From NCBI GenBank assembly GCA_033442325.1, contig JAWQFM010000034.1, positions 216,464-280,463 on the forward strand: DNA of 64,000 nt. Reading direction: 5' to 3'. Below, piece after piece: positions 63,707 through 64,000 of the stretch. Within the stretch, counting starts at the first letter, position 1, and every line of letters starts with the position of its first letter. A program made the position numbers and the translations under genes. Under the pieces are notes generated by a model. That model did not search any database. It was not told where the DNA came from and was given only the letters and a program-made list of their open reading frames with translations. This stretch comes from Salpingoeca rosetta (Eukaryota > Protista > Choanoflagellata).

Positions 63707-63900
63707 ATGTGTGGCCTAGCCAGACACACATGCGTCTTTCCCATTCCCCCCCCCCTCATCCCAAATCCCGACACACCACCGCCGCCACCACCAGCATCAT
63801 CATGTGTGTGTCACCTTCGATGCCGGCGAGCGATGAGATTGAGTTTCGCCCGAGCATGAGCACGCGCAACGAGCGAAGGCGCTCCAGCCCAGAGATGCGC
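59309..63900 (-). CDS. LRRC49: LRRC49-like leucine-rich-repeat protein (tubulin polyglutamylase complex / centriolar satellite subunit), 5'-partial, with an internal N-gap
   Basis: SDS22-like LRRs LRVLMLGRNSI, LDVLDLHGNAI, LRVLNLASNLI, LQRLFLSDNLL and ELSLDGN...YREQAV..LPSLRLLDNKRVSDEERRMA (LRRcap). A second LRRcap PVAGISFWKLYAINRLTGLKSLNGETI..AERSKAERAF resembles the LRRC49 C-terminal half. Confidence 0.75.
60599..61582. other. Assembly gap, the largest in the window; others at 32051-32150, 43583-43956, 45477-45576, 47078-47177 and 49423-49522
   Basis: Runs of N, all bordered by simple repeats. Confidence 0.99.
61583..61718. repeat. (AGTG)n tetranucleotide microsatellite next to the ~1 kb gap, intronic in LRRC49
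   Basis: Directly visible. Confidence 0.95.
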
Positions 63901-64000
63901 TGACGGTGACGACGACGACGACGACGATGGTCGTGGTGGTGGTGATGGTGGTGGTGGTGATGAGGGGCATGGAGTGTGTGTGTGTGTGTTTATGCGTGTG

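Overview
This is eukaryotic, intron-rich, GC-rich draft genome sequence with N-gaps and very dense (CA)n/(GT)n, (AAC)n and (ACC)n microsatellites. The style and gene set point to a choanoflagellate, probably Salpingoeca rosetta (inference only). Most ORFs in the six-frame track are microsatellite artefacts, so gene models were rebuilt by hand from GT-AG junctions and reading-frame phase. Genes in order: (1) 3' part of a lysophospholipid/glycerolipid acyltransferase (+); (2) an intronless, atypical importin-alpha-like ARM protein (-); (3) a signal-peptide-bearing, DOMON-less cytochrome b561 (+); (4) a bacterial-type beta-lactamase-fold serine hydrolase with one intron (+); (5) an ankyrin-repeat protein with a C-terminal F-box-like motif and a long disordered tail (-); (6) a ~23 kb WDFY3/Alfy-type PH-BEACH-WD40-FYVE gene (-); (7) a cytohesin Sec7-PH Arf-GEF (-); (8) a Thr-rich mucin-like locus with an upstream single-TM Cys-rich ORF (-); (9) a RanBP3/Nup50-like FG + Ran-binding-domain gene (-); (10) PEMT/OPI3 (+); (11) the 3' part of LRRC49 (-). 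I found no rRNA, tRNA, CRISPR array or recognisable transposase. The most interesting signals are the polarised (CA)n-exon-(GT)n repeat architecture, with many acceptors lacking polypyrimidine tracts; the mucin locus whose middle exon reads sensibly in two frames; NPF and LIR motifs in the Alfy insertions; FG-repeat microexon cassettes; the Ank plus C-terminal F-box-like protein; the truncated importin-alpha; and the HGT-candidate hydrolase.
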